Positions 32,406 to 41,719 of a stretch of DNA of 64,000 nucleotides are shown one piece after another (the stretch's first letter is position 1; each line of letters opens with the position of its first letter). The notes below the pieces were generated by a model, which saw only the letters and a list, made by a program, of their open reading frames with translations, did not search any database and was not told where the DNA came from. Where the stretch lies: positions 2,985-66,984 of the forward strand of contig JAJDCH010000016.1 in NCBI GenBank assembly GCA_029260905.1, written 5' to 3'. This DNA is from Candidatus Levyibacteriota bacterium (GTDB lineage Bacteria; Patescibacteriota; Microgenomatia; Levybacterales; UBA12049). Both the position numbers and the translations under genes were made by a program.

Positions 32406-34256
32406 TATCTATTACTTCATAATTATCCAATCTTGTCAAGAATTATTCAGAAAATAATGCTTATTGAATGATTAAGGTCTTTGTAGTTATTGTTGGTACA
32501 TAGTTATATCCATTTTTAAAGACAGAGTTAATTGTTGCAATTAAAGTACCTGTTTTGTCAGTCCAAAATCCATGTGAAAGCTTTCCGGATGTATTTCCAG
32601 CTCCAGTTATGTTGGCAACAGAATTTGTTTCTGGATTTTCGAGCCTGAGTCCAATATTCGGATTAGAAACAGGAACACCACTTGTTTGTTCTATGACGCT
32701 TACTGTTGTCTTAATATGTCGCCATCCCCAATAAGGACCCACAGCTGTTATTTCAATGTCGCTGACTGTTATGGCTGGCGCTTCTGCTTGAATGCCTTTT
32801 ACGGCCTGAGCCTCAAATTTTTCTGGTGAATAGATTTGTTGATTTGTTGCATAAGTTGCAGTAATTAGGGCAACTATAGTTACAATAACAAAAAGCGGAG
32901 AGAAGCTAATTTGTTTGTGTTTCTTTAACTGTTTTTTATGTTTGGCAACTTTTTTCATAACTATCTATATTAGGTCACATTTGGGATTTCTTGTCAAGGT
33001 CGCACCTATTGATAGGTAATAATAAGCTCTGGTTTATTTGACGATGAGTTTCGTGATGTAAAATCAAGATCATCTGAGCCAGTCGAATCAATTCCTAGAG
33101 AGATTATGTTTCCGGCTTTACTTTGAATATATGACAAAACATCAATGTTGTTCCAGGTGTTGGATTTGGCATTTGAAATTGTTCCAATTATTGATCCAAC
33201 CGAGGGTCTGTTTTTATATGTAATTCCTGTTTCTGTCCAGCTATTATCCGAAACAGCTTTAATGTTCTGAGTGTTTTTTGATGAACCAGTAATTCTTAGT
33301 TTCAAGACAGCAGACTTTATGGTTTTACCTGTTAATCCAGATAAATCAAATTTGAGATAAGCAACTCTGATTGGTGAGCCATCAACCTCTATGCTTTTTG
33401 CAGTTCCATAATTTCGTGTTAAGTTTGACTGTCTTACCTCAGAGTCAGCAATAGGGTTTATTTTAAGTGTTGATACCGGGGCTTCAGTAGGAGTAGGAGA
33501 TGGTGCTGTTGTAGGGGTTGGAGTAGGCGCTGTTGTTGGAGTTGGAGTGATGGTTGGTATTGTACTTGGTGAGGGACTTGGTGTTGTTGATTGAACTGCT
33601 TTGTATGCATTTATTCTCCCATTTGACCAGAAAGTGCCGATTCCTGAGATGTCATCTGTTGTTTGCTCAATCTGATTTCTAATACAAATATTGTCTGAGC
33701 AGATTCCTGATGCCCAGATCAATGCAGCGACTCCTGCTACATGGGGAGAGGCCATCGAAGTCCCAGACATATTGGCATAAGCATTGTCTTTATATGTTGA
33801 CCAGATTGATGCGCCTGGCGCAGCTACGTCTACCCAATTGCCATAAGTTGAAAAGCTAGCTCGTTGATCGTTGGTATCAGTTGCTCCAACAGCAATCGCA
33901 CTTGTGTAGTAAGCTGGATAAAATAACTGATTGAAAGATAGGCAACCATTTTGCGCATAATCTGTCCCTCCACAATTTCCGGCAGCAGCGACAACGACAG
34001 CTCCTTTGCTCCATGCATAATTTATTGCTTCTTCCAGCGCTTGAGAGCTACTTGGGCCACCAAGGCTTATGTTTATAACTCTTGCTCCATTATCAGCTGC
34101 CCAGACAATCCCATTTATAAGCCAAGAATAATTACCTGAGCCGTTATCTCCAAGGACTTTACCATTCATCAGTGTTGAGTTGTATCCGACTCCTGCAAAT
34201 TGGAAATTATTATTTGTGTTTGCTGCGATTATTCCAGCAACATGCGTTCCATGACC
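31720..34256. repeat. 95-bp identical segment shared by the two tandem S8 genes (31720-31814 and 34162-34256)
   Basis: CCATTCATCAGTG...CATGACC identical in both copies; flanks diverge. Confidence 0.85.
32461..32958 (-). CDS. Membrane-anchored stand-alone beta-rich domain protein
   Basis: TM then a domain similar to the C-terminus of 30645..32405 and to 30171..30482. Confidence 0.75.
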   Translation of the reverse strand: MKKVAKHKKQLKKHKQISFSPLFVIVTIVALITATYATNQQIYSPEKFEAQAVKGIQAEAPAITVSDIEITAVGPYWGWRHIKTTVSVIEQTSGVPVSNPNIGLRLENPETNSVANITGAGNTSGKLSHGFWTDKTGTLIATINSVFKNGYNYVPTITTKTLIIQ

Positions 34257-34841
34257 GTGAAGATCGTTTGCTAAAGCGCTTGTTGTGAAATTATTGTTTT
34301 CAACCACCTTGCCGACAAGATCAGTGTGCGTTTCTTCAATTCCGGTATCAAGAACTGCAACTTTAATTGATTGATCTCCCTGGGTTATGTCCCAAGCGCT
34401 TGTGTCAGTAGAATTTGCAGTTTGTATTTTGTATTGACCCCATTGAAAGGGAAGATAGGGGTCATTTGTTACTAGCAGAGCTTGGGTCAGGTAGTCTGGT
34501 TCTGCGTATTCAACTTCTGGATCTTTTTGATACTGCGTGATCAATTCTTCTGCTGTTCCTGTCTGAACTCTGATTACATCAATATTTAGTTTATCAATCT
34601 TGTTTCTAATAATTGCTTTTCTGATTTTTCTGATTTTATTTTTGCTGTTTTCGGAGGCACCCTTTTTGTATTTGACTATTATATCTCCTGATGTTGGAGC
34701 TGTAATTTTTTCAGCCTTTGATTTTAGTATGATGGGGTTTTTTGATGCAAAATATACTGAAAACAAAGCAAAGATTAACAGGGTAAAGAAGGTTATAAAA
34801 ATAAATTTCTTTTTTTGAAGTTTCAATATTATTTTTTTCAT
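33006..34841 (-). CDS. S8 protease with PT linker and C-terminal DNRLRE/CBM96-like domain
   Basis: AVLDTG, HGTHVAG, GTSMASPHVAG; 'ADSEV...NYG...YLKFDLS...SAVLKL...WTETGITY.NRP...P.LII'. Confidence 0.92.
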   Translation of the reverse strand: MKKIILKLQKKKFIFITFFTLLIFALFSVYFASKNPIILKSKAEKITAPTSGDIIVKYKKGASENSKNKIRKIRKAIIRNKIDKLNIDVIRVQTGTAEELITQYQKDPEVEYAEPDYLTQALLVTNDPYLPFQWGQYKIQTANSTDTSAWDITQGDQSIKVAVLDTGIEETHTDLVGKVVENNNFTTSALANDLHGHGTHVAGIIAANTNNNFQFAGVGYNSTLMNGKVLGDNGSGNYSWLINGIVWAADNGARVINISLGGPSSSQALEEAINYAWSKGAVVVAAAGNCGGTDYAQNGCLSFNQLFYPAYYTSAIAVGATDTNDQRASFSTYGNWVDVAAPGASIWSTYKDNAYANMSGTSMASPHVAGVAALIWASGICSDNICIRNQIEQTTDDISGIGTFWSNGRINAYKAVQSTTPSPSPSTIPTITPTPTTAPTPTPTTAPSPTPTEAPVSTLKINPIADSEVRQSNLTRNYGTAKSIEVDGSPIRVAYLKFDLSGLTGKTIKSAVLKLRITGSSKNTQNIKAVSDNSWTETGITYKNRPSVGSIIGTISNAKSNTWNNIDVLSYIQSKAGNIISLGIDSTGSDDLDFTSRNSSSNKPELIITYQ

Positions 34842-34930
34842 TCAGGTATATTACTTCATAAATATTTAATCCTGTCAATGACTTATTATAGTGAATGAGA
34901 AAACTCTGAAATTTTAAATTACTTGATTAT

Positions 34931-36268
34931 TTATTTATGCAGTGTTGCTTTTTCAAATAAGGTTGGGAGAAGTTTGAGGGGGTCGTATTTTTTCTTTAGC
35001 TTGTCATAGGCACCACCGTTATAGATTTTGTCAAATTCTTTTTTGTTTAGAAAAGTAGAGGAATAAAGCATCTTTATGCCGCCAAGCCTAAAACACAAAT
35101 TATCTATTTTTTTAGTGACATCAAATGGTTTTTGACCTTTTTTTCTTTTGATTGCGCAGTAGCAACCAAGATTTAAATAAAGCTGATCTGGCTTCATTGG
35201 ATAGAGTGTTGCAATTGTTGGAGTTTTTATTGGCGCTATAATAATTGGATTTCCGTTAGTTTCAACAATGTCAAAGAAAAAGTTAAAAAGTTTCTCTCCC
35301 TGATTCCATGGTACTTCCCAGTCTTGGATGAGCGCTTCATATTTTTCTTTACTCTCTTTGCTTTCCAATGAATCAAAAATAGGTTGTCCATATTTTTTGT
35401 AAAATCCTGAATTCCTCAATTTTTTGGGTGTTATTCTTCGAAGAAGATTCATCAAAAAATTATCTGGAATATTCCAAAACCAGTCAGGATCATAGCGAAA
35501 AAAGAAGTCTTTAGTTTTTAGCGTAAATTCATTTGCGCGGCTTACTTCTTTATAGAAAATGGTTGGTCCATAGATGCTTTTTAGATTTTTGGGTTTATTC
35601 GTTTGTTCTGTTAAAGTAATATAAATTTCATTTTTTGAATAAGCAATTGCTTCAATTGTATCTATAGATTTTTGTTTGGTTTTTGCGTTTAGTTCTGATA
35701 AAGCCTTCTTAATATTCTTATATTTTTTTGTTTTCAATTTCACAAAAGGTTTTATATCTCTCAATTTTATTTTGGCGCGTAGCACATAACCAAGTGTTCC
35801 ATAAGAATTGGGAAGAGCATCAAATAAATCTTTGTTTTTATTTCTTGAAACTGTTATAACTTTTCCGTTTGACAATAATACATCTGCCTCCAGTAAGCTA
35901 TTATGTACAAACCCATAACGAAAAGTATTGGTCTCAACCCCAATACCAACAAGTGCTCCGCCAATTGTGATATGTTTTAATTCAGGTGTTATAAGTGGGG
36001 TAAGATGATGGGGAAGTGTGAAGTCAATAATTTGTTCAAAAGTTGTTAGGCCCTGCACTTCAAGTATTTTGTTTTTGCTATCAAGAAAAAGAGGTTTGTT
36101 GAAACTTGAGAGATCAATTTCATAGCGGCTTTTATCAATGCTGCTTTCATAACGGAATAAATTGGAGATTGTTTTTTTCTTTACTTTGAGTTTTTGTTTG
36201 TTATTTTTTAAGATTTGTTGGAGTTTTTTTATTTGCTTTTTATGAATGATCCGAGTATCTGTTGACAT
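34931..36268 (-). CDS. FAD-linked oxidoreductase (VAO/DHCR24-like; TmsA/BfaA-like)
   Basis: 'SNLFRY', 'PELKHITIGG..VGIGVE', 'PNSYGTLGY', 'KMLYS', 'KKKYDP....PTLFEK'. Confidence 0.85.
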   Translation of the reverse strand: MSTDTRIIHKKQIKKLQQILKNNKQKLKVKKKTISNLFRYESSIDKSRYEIDLSSFNKPLFLDSKNKILEVQGLTTFEQIIDFTLPHHLTPLITPELKHITIGGALVGIGVETNTFRYGFVHNSLLEADVLLSNGKVITVSRNKNKDLFDALPNSYGTLGYVLRAKIKLRDIKPFVKLKTKKYKNIKKALSELNAKTKQKSIDTIEAIAYSKNEIYITLTEQTNKPKNLKSIYGPTIFYKEVSRANEFTLKTKDFFFRYDPDWFWNIPDNFLMNLLRRITPKKLRNSGFYKKYGQPIFDSLESKESKEKYEALIQDWEVPWNQGEKLFNFFFDIVETNGNPIIIAPIKTPTIATLYPMKPDQLYLNLGCYCAIKRKKGQKPFDVTKKIDNLCFRLGGIKMLYSSTFLNKKEFDKIYNGGAYDKLKKKYDPLKLLPTLFEKATLHK

Positions 36269-36271
36269 ATT

Positions 36272-37435
36272 TTACCTTACTGCTTCATAAACAATTGGTT
36301 CTTTGCCTTTTGAAAGTACTACCTGCATTAGAGAAAGTGTGCGGGCTTTGAAAGCGCCAGCAAATGAAAGAAGATAGAATTTCCACATACGATAAAATCT
36401 CTCGTCATATTTTTCAGGATAGTTTTTGGACAAGTATTTCCATGATTTATCAAAATTCTGCATCCAACTCATAAGAGTTGTGTAGTAGTAAAGTCCGAAA
36501 TTTTGTACGTCTTCAATGATGAATTTTCCCTCAGATGCTTTGGCAATTTGCGCAAGAGATGGTGGATGGGAGTTGGGGAAAATATATTTATCACTCCATG
36601 GATCACCAGCTGTGACTGATAGATCACCAGCAATTGTATGAAGAAGCATCAGTCCATCATCTTTGAGTACATCGCTTGTGATTTTTAGATAGTTATCATA
36701 GTTTTTGTGAGTGATGTGTTCCATGATGCCAATTGATGCAACCCGATCAAACTTTTCATTCAGATTTAGCTCCCTATAATCTTTGTGATAGATTTTAACC
36801 GGTAGTCCTTTGCAGCGTTCTCTTGCTTTTCTGGCCTGTTCGCCTGATACAGTACATCCGACAACAGAGACGCCGTAGTTGGCGGCAGCAAATCTTGCAA
36901 AATTACCAAACCCGCAACCTGTTTCAAAAACCTTCATGCCTTTTTTTAGCTTCAATTTGCGGCAAACAAGATCCATTTTGGCAATTTGGGCTTTATCCAG
37001 ATTGTCTTTCTTTTTCCAAGCAGTCAGCGGATCGCCTAAATCTTTCCAATATCCACAGGTATAGTTCAGTTCGTGATCAAGCATCCGCTCATAAAGTTCA
37101 TTTCCGACATCATAGTGTTGCTTGCCGACAATGTAGGATCTTTTTATTGTTGCGACATTTAAAAATTTGTTTTGGATAATAAATAGCAAGAGACGTGGGT
37201 TTTTATTTATGAGTGAAGGGATTCTGACAAGATTTGCTTTATATGCTGTTTCTTCGAGTTGGTCTGCATCCCACCATCCATCCATGTATGATTCACCTGC
37301 GCCTATTGACCCATCAGTAAGAACTCGGTTATAAAAACGCTCATCATGGATCTGCATATCCCAAGGATTTTTGCCATCAATTGCAATGCCAGCTTTTTGG
37401 AGAACTTCTTTGATTGCTTTTTTTTGTCGATCCAT
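36272..37435 (-). CDS. cfa: Cyclopropane-fatty-acyl-phospholipid synthase family methyltransferase
   Basis: GESYMDGWW, HYDVGN, YTCGYW, GCGFG, KYIFP, F.RMW.FYL. Confidence 0.92.
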   Translation of the reverse strand: MDRQKKAIKEVLQKAGIAIDGKNPWDMQIHDERFYNRVLTDGSIGAGESYMDGWWDADQLEETAYKANLVRIPSLINKNPRLLLFIIQNKFLNVATIKRSYIVGKQHYDVGNELYERMLDHELNYTCGYWKDLGDPLTAWKKKDNLDKAQIAKMDLVCRKLKLKKGMKVFETGCGFGNFARFAAANYGVSVVGCTVSGEQARKARERCKGLPVKIYHKDYRELNLNEKFDRVASIGIMEHITHKNYDNYLKITSDVLKDDGLMLLHTIAGDLSVTAGDPWSDKYIFPNSHPPSLAQIAKASEGKFIIEDVQNFGLYYYTTLMSWMQNFDKSWKYLSKNYPEKYDERFYRMWKFYLLSFAGAFKARTLSLMQVVLSKGKEPIVYEAVR

Positions 37436-37615
37436 ATTAGATATTATATCGCAAAATTTTTAGTGCGCAAGGGGAGGATGAAAGCTGAAGGAGAAGAAAG
37501 GATTGGTTTAAAATTTTAATGGCAATTTCACTGAAATTACAGAAGTGGATGGTTATTCGGGAAGAAAACTTTCAAAAATTGATTGGCTGGATGGGGAGTC
37601 AAGAAAGAAAGCTGC

Positions 37616-38647
37616 CTAGATTTTTTCGGCTCTTATTGCAAAGTAACCATTTTGGCGTTTTGTTACGTTAAATATCTCCCGCACCTTAAAGTCTCCAGTT
37701 CCTTCGACAAACTTCTTTATTTGTTCTGGATCAGTAAATCTGTTATTCCCAAAATATCTACTCGATACAAAATCTGTATACATTATACCGAGTGTTTTCC
37801 ATTGTTCTGGTGTTAGGCCGAGATATCCATCTCTTAGGTTGTCTTTTGGAGTGTCAGAAAAGATTTTTGCAAACCCTTCCCACCATTCACCAACTCCGTG
37901 ACCGGCAGCCTTCATCTGCTCAACAAGAAGAGGAGATAGAGCTGATGCTTTCATTAGAAGCTGTCCACCATTTCGGGTCATCCTAGCAACATTATTAAGT
38001 ACATTTTTTTCTGTTTCGTCAGTGGTAGAGCCAAAAAAGAGATCTGTCATTACAATATCTTGTGATCCATCAGGAAGTGCGATGGTCGATGCGTCTCCAT
38101 GTAAAAGTACATTTTTTTGAGGCTGTTTTGTAGTATAAAAATTTCTTTCGTTAAAATTCCTCTTTTCTACAAGAGATGCTTCTGGTACTGTATGTTTGAT
38201 TCTTCTTAATGGCAGGAGAGAAAAATCAATTGTTGTATGGTTTCTAACTGATACACCTATTTTATTTAATGCAACTTGTTCCAGCAAATAAGAACCCTCT
38301 GAAGAAGATCCAAGAAGTAGTACATTCTGGGGTTGATCAGTTCCTGTTTGATCTTCTGGTAATGAGAGTATCTCAACCCCCATAAAAGGCTTAGAAGGAG
38401 AAGGGATCAGTCTTTGTAGATTTGAGTTAATAGCATGACCAATGAAATAAGCTGCTACATGTTCTGGGGAGAGATTGGGATCTTCTTGTGGCCACTCGCC
38501 CAGCCTGTTAGCTTTGGCAATTTCACCAAGTGCAGCGCTCAGATCAACAGGAAAGTACAAGCCAAGTTTTGCTTCTGCAAGAGCTTCTGGCCCTGTAACT
38601 GAAGGGTGTTCTTGGGGTTTTCTATATGGTTTTAATTCTGTTGTCAT
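37616..38647 (-). CDS. Hypothetical protein with class I SAM methyltransferase-like C-terminal region
   Basis: 'GDASTIALPDGSQDIV', 'LNNVARMTRNGGQL'; motif I degenerate (LLLGSSS). Confidence 0.55.
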   Translation of the reverse strand: MTTELKPYRKPQEHPSVTGPEALAEAKLGLYFPVDLSAALGEIAKANRLGEWPQEDPNLSPEHVAAYFIGHAINSNLQRLIPSPSKPFMGVEILSLPEDQTGTDQPQNVLLLGSSSEGSYLLEQVALNKIGVSVRNHTTIDFSLLPLRRIKHTVPEASLVEKRNFNERNFYTTKQPQKNVLLHGDASTIALPDGSQDIVMTDLFFGSTTDETEKNVLNNVARMTRNGGQLLMKASALSPLLVEQMKAAGHGVGEWWEGFAKIFSDTPKDNLRDGYLGLTPEQWKTLGIMYTDFVSSRYFGNNRFTDPEQIKKFVEGTGDFKVREIFNVTKRQNGYFAIRAEKI

Positions 38648-38694
38648 GATGTATTAATTATACATCTGATCTGCAAATGAATCAACTATAGGAT

Positions 38695-39300
38695 TTACTT
38701 TAATCTATAAACAACACTTGCTAGTGCTCCACCGAGAAGCGGGCCGATGAGGTAGGTAAGGATGCTGGTTGTGTGCATGCCAAGATTGGCAAAATCAAAA
38801 AGCAATGGTCCGATGCCAACTGCTGGATTGAATGCGCCTCCTGAAATGGGACCTCCCGCAAATGCGCCAGCCATGACGGTCAATCCGATTGCGAGTCCAT
38901 AATAATCGTTGCCTTTTGTTTTGTCCGTTGCTGCAGTATTGAGAACAACTGATGCGAGAAGAAAAGTGAAAAGGGTTTCAATTATTAGCGCATTACTCAT
39001 GCTGACGCCTACTCCTGCTTGTGGGATAAAAGTGTCATTTGTAACGACAAGATAAGTAGCTGATGCTGCAATTGCAGCAACAATTTGCACAAGCATGTAG
39101 GGCAGTGCTGTATCTGCTTTTACTTTTTTGCTCATCCAAAGCGCAAGCGTAACTGCGGGATTGTAGTGCGCTCCTGAGATGTATCCGCCCATGTAGACAA
39201 GAGCTGCTAATGCGACACCGATTGCAATGGGATTTCCGGTAAGTGCGATGACAAAGACAAGAAAGAAAGTTCCAATAAACTCAACTATATATTTTTTCAC
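38695..39300 (-). CDS. MIP/aquaporin family channel
   Basis: EFIGTF, SGAHYNPAVT, second FNPA. Confidence 0.95.
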   Translation of the reverse strand: MKKYIVEFIGTFFLVFVIALTGNPIAIGVALAALVYMGGYISGAHYNPAVTLALWMSKKVKADTALPYMLVQIVAAIAASATYLVVTNDTFIPQAGVGVSMSNALIIETLFTFLLASVVLNTAATDKTKGNDYYGLAIGLTVMAGAFAGGPISGGAFNPAVGIGPLLFDFANLGMHTTSILTYLIGPLLGGALASVVYRLK

Positions 39301-39395
39301 TAAGATAATTGTATATCAATGAAAAATAAAATGGCAATAGGCAAGGAAGAAACATCTTTATACTTGAGCTCAAATGATTTATAATAGTTATCCAT

Positions 39396-39467
39396 AGGGG
39401 TGTGGTGAAATGGTTATCACAGCAGTCTCCAAAACTGCTTTTCACGGTTCGAGTCCGTGCGCCCCTG
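39396..39467 (+). tRNA. tRNA-Trp(CCA)
   Basis: Acceptor AGGGGTG/CGCCCCT, anticodon arm GCAGT-CTCCAAA-ACTGC, T arm CACGG-TTCGAGT-CCGTG. Confidence 0.93.
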
Positions 39468-39493
39468 CAATTTTATTTACCTGCTTTTAATTT

Positions 39494-39722
39494 GCCAACG
39501 TGGCTCAGTGGGGTGGACGAACGAAGTGAGGAGTCCGCCTGCGAGCGGAGCGAAGACAGGGGAAGTTATTGGCCCGCCGCCAAAATTGCCCAAATGGCTC
39601 AGTGGTAGAGCGAGTTCTTGGTAAGAACTAGGTCTCGGGTTCGATTCCCGATTTGGGCTCAGTAAAAAGCAAGGCGGGTACAAGTAAGCCCCAGATCAAG
39701 GGTCCGATTCCCATCGTCGGCT
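39494..39722 (+). ncRNA. Degenerate or interrupted tRNA-Thr-like sequence enclosing an intact tRNA
   Basis: 5' part GCCAACG-TG-GCTC-AGTGG; 3' part GTAA-GCCCC-AGATC-AAGGG-TCCGATT-CCCAT-CGTCGGC-TCA. Confidence 0.6.
39588..39659 (+). tRNA. tRNA-Thr(GGT)
   Basis: GCCCAAA/TTTGGGC, AGTTC-TTGGTAA-GAACT, TCGGG-TTCGATT-CCCGA. Confidence 0.95.
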
Positions 39723-39771
39723 CAATAGCTATAGAAGTTTATTTAAAAATATTGTATAATAGCTAAATCGT

Positions 39772-39948
39772 ATGGCGAAAAAAGGTGAACACAGAATAAA
39801 AATAGGTCTCATCTGTCAGATCTGTAAAAATAAAAACTACATAACTCAGAAGAACAAGATGGAAACACCTGAGAAATTGCTCTTGCACAAATTCTGCAAA
39901 ACATGTCGCAAGGTAACTGACCACAAAGAAACTGAAAAGTTGAAATAG
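39772..39948 (+). CDS. rpmG: 50S ribosomal protein L33 (Zn-binding form)
   Basis: Hand-translated MAKKGEHRIKIGLICQICKNKNYITQKNK...KFCKTCRKVTDHKE. Confidence 0.93.
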   Translation: MAKKGEHRIKIGLICQICKNKNYITQKNKMETPEKLLLHKFCKTCRKVTDHKETEKLK

Positions 39949-40003
39949 TTTGTTCCCCTTTTTTTCCCAAGCTTATTTTGCTAAAATCATTAGACGTACT
40001 TTT

Positions 40004-40075
40004 GCCGAGATAGCTCAGTGGTAGAGCAGCTGTTTTGTAAACAGCAGGTCCGGGGTCCGAATCCCCGTCTCGGCT
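40004..40075 (+). tRNA. tRNA-Thr(TGT)
   Basis: GCCGAGA/TCTCGGC, GCTGT-TTTGTAA-ACAGC; T loop TCCGAAT. Confidence 0.93.
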
Positions 40076-40095
40076 CAGAATTGTTATTTAGTTTT

Positions 40096-40179
40096 GCCAG
40101 ATTCGCATAGCGGCAATTGCACCTGACTGTAGATCAGGCGACCGTAAGGTCTACGGGGGTTCGAGTCCCTCATCTGGCA
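40096..40179 (+). tRNA. tRNA-Tyr(GTA)
   Basis: GCCAGAT/ATCTGGC, CCTGA-CTGTAGA-TCAGG, long variable arm. Confidence 0.93.
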
Positions 40180-40184
40180 CATTT

Positions 40185-40940
40185 TTATTCTTGATTCCAG
40201 GGAGTTGCTTTTTTCTCAATTGCGACAATGATTAGGAAAAAAGTGAGGCTGAGGATAATTGTTACCAATATTGCAGCAAAAACAAGTGGGACTGCATGAG
40301 AATTGGCCATCAGCTTCATATAGATTCCAAGACCTTTTTCTGCGCCAACAAATTCTCCAATTATCGCACCTGTTACCGAGTAAGTAGCAGCAATTTTTAA
40401 TCCTCCAAAAAATGATGGAAGACTTTCAGGAATCTTAACAAATTTAAGGATTTGCCATTTGTCTGCATTCATACTTAGAAGCAGTTTTATTTTTTCTTGA
40501 TCCGCATTTGCAAGGCCACTGGCAGTTGCGATAGTGATTGGGAAAAAGCAAAAGAGTATAACCATGATTATTTTTGGTAGTATCCCAAACCCAAACCAGA
40601 CCAGAAGAAGGGGCGCGAGTACAATCATGGGAATTGTCTGGCTTGTGACAAGAAGCGGATAAATAATTTTTCTTAAAAATGTGTTTTGGTCAATGATAAT
40701 TGCTAGACCAGCACCAAGTGCTATGGCGATAATAAATCCCCAAAAAGCCTCAGTTAGAGTTTGTGCAGCGTGTTTCAGGATTATGTCCCAGTTGTTTGCC
40801 AAACCGTTTAGAGTTGCAGAAGGAGGTGGAAGTAGTCTGGGATTTGCTAGGTCAGAGTTGGCTGATATTTCCCAAACCAGCAAAACTAGAATAGTGAAAA
40901 TAATGCTTGGAAGATAGTTTTTAGTGTTTTTAAAGTTCAT
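40185..40940 (-). CDS. ABC transporter permease (ThiX/SsuC type)
   Basis: 'LPPPS', 'QTIPMIVLAPL..WFGFG', 'IIGEF.GA..GLG'. Confidence 0.9.
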   Translation of the reverse strand: MNFKNTKNYLPSIIFTILVLLVWEISANSDLANPRLLPPPSATLNGLANNWDIILKHAAQTLTEAFWGFIIAIALGAGLAIIIDQNTFLRKIIYPLLVTSQTIPMIVLAPLLLVWFGFGILPKIIMVILFCFFPITIATASGLANADQEKIKLLLSMNADKWQILKFVKIPESLPSFFGGLKIAATYSVTGAIIGEFVGAEKGLGIYMKLMANSHAVPLVFAAILVTIILSLTFFLIIVAIEKKATPWNQE

Positions 40941-40966
40941 AAAGTTTGTAAAATTTTTTAAAATAG

Positions 40967-41698
40967 TTAAATCGTTTCATGTTTATTTATTAGTAATTTA
41001 AGAATCTTTTTTTGCAGATCTTGAGGATTTTTACTTTTTTGGACATCAAATTTTTTTAGTATTTTGGCAGGAGCGGGGGAAAGAACATAAATAGTATCTG
41101 ATAAGAAAATTGCCTCACGCACATCATGAGTTATAAAAAAAATTGTTGGGTTTAATTTTTTTTTAAGATCAAGGAGAAACATTTGACAAGAAATTCGTGT
41201 TATCTGATCAAGCGCGCCAAACGGTTCATCAAGAAGCAGAAAGTCTTTGTTGAAAAGAATGGTTCTAAGAAGCGCAATTCTTTGTTTGATGCCACCTGAT
41301 AATTTGTTTGGATAAAAATCTGCAAATTTTAAAAGACCAAATTTCTTGAGAAGATTTAGCGCGTTTTTGCGAGATTTTTGTTTGTCCTTTTTTAGAATAT
41401 CTTGGCCAAGGGTTACGTTATCAAGCGCAGATCTCCAGGGGAGAAGACCTGAATCTTGTGTCATGTAGCCAAATGAGCCTTTGCGGTTTGTCTGATGTTT
41501 ATCGTTTATGAGTATTTGACCACTTGTTTGATTATCAATGCCTGAAAGAATGTTAAAAAGTGTTGTTTTGCCACATCCAGATGGTCCAATGATACTGACA
41601 ATTTGTCCGGAATTGACCGCCAATGATATAGTTGTGAACACTTTGATGTGCTCTTTTGAGTAGGTTTTGGAGAGATTTTTAATTTGAAGAAGAGCCAT
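40967..41698 (-). CDS. ABC transporter ATPase (ThiZ/SsuB type)
   Basis: GPSGCGKTT, LSGG, LLDEPFGALD, THD. Confidence 0.92.
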   Translation of the reverse strand: MALLQIKNLSKTYSKEHIKVFTTISLAVNSGQIVSIIGPSGCGKTTLFNILSGIDNQTSGQILINDKHQTNRKGSFGYMTQDSGLLPWRSALDNVTLGQDILKKDKQKSRKNALNLLKKFGLLKFADFYPNKLSGGIKQRIALLRTILFNKDFLLLDEPFGALDQITRISCQMFLLDLKKKLNPTIFFITHDVREAIFLSDTIYVLSPAPAKILKKFDVQKSKNPQDLQKKILKLLINKHETI

Positions 41699-41719
41699 AA
41701 TTAATTTTCAATTCGAAAT

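Noticed and set aside
39396-39467. UGA recoding (genetic code 25 or 4)
   Set aside because: Core genes are full length in code 11, TGA ends dprA and topA at expected positions, and tRNA-Trp has anticodon CCA.
39402-39683. ORFs 39402..39608 (+) and 39477..39683 (-)
   Set aside because: They overlap tRNA genes and are shadow ORFs.
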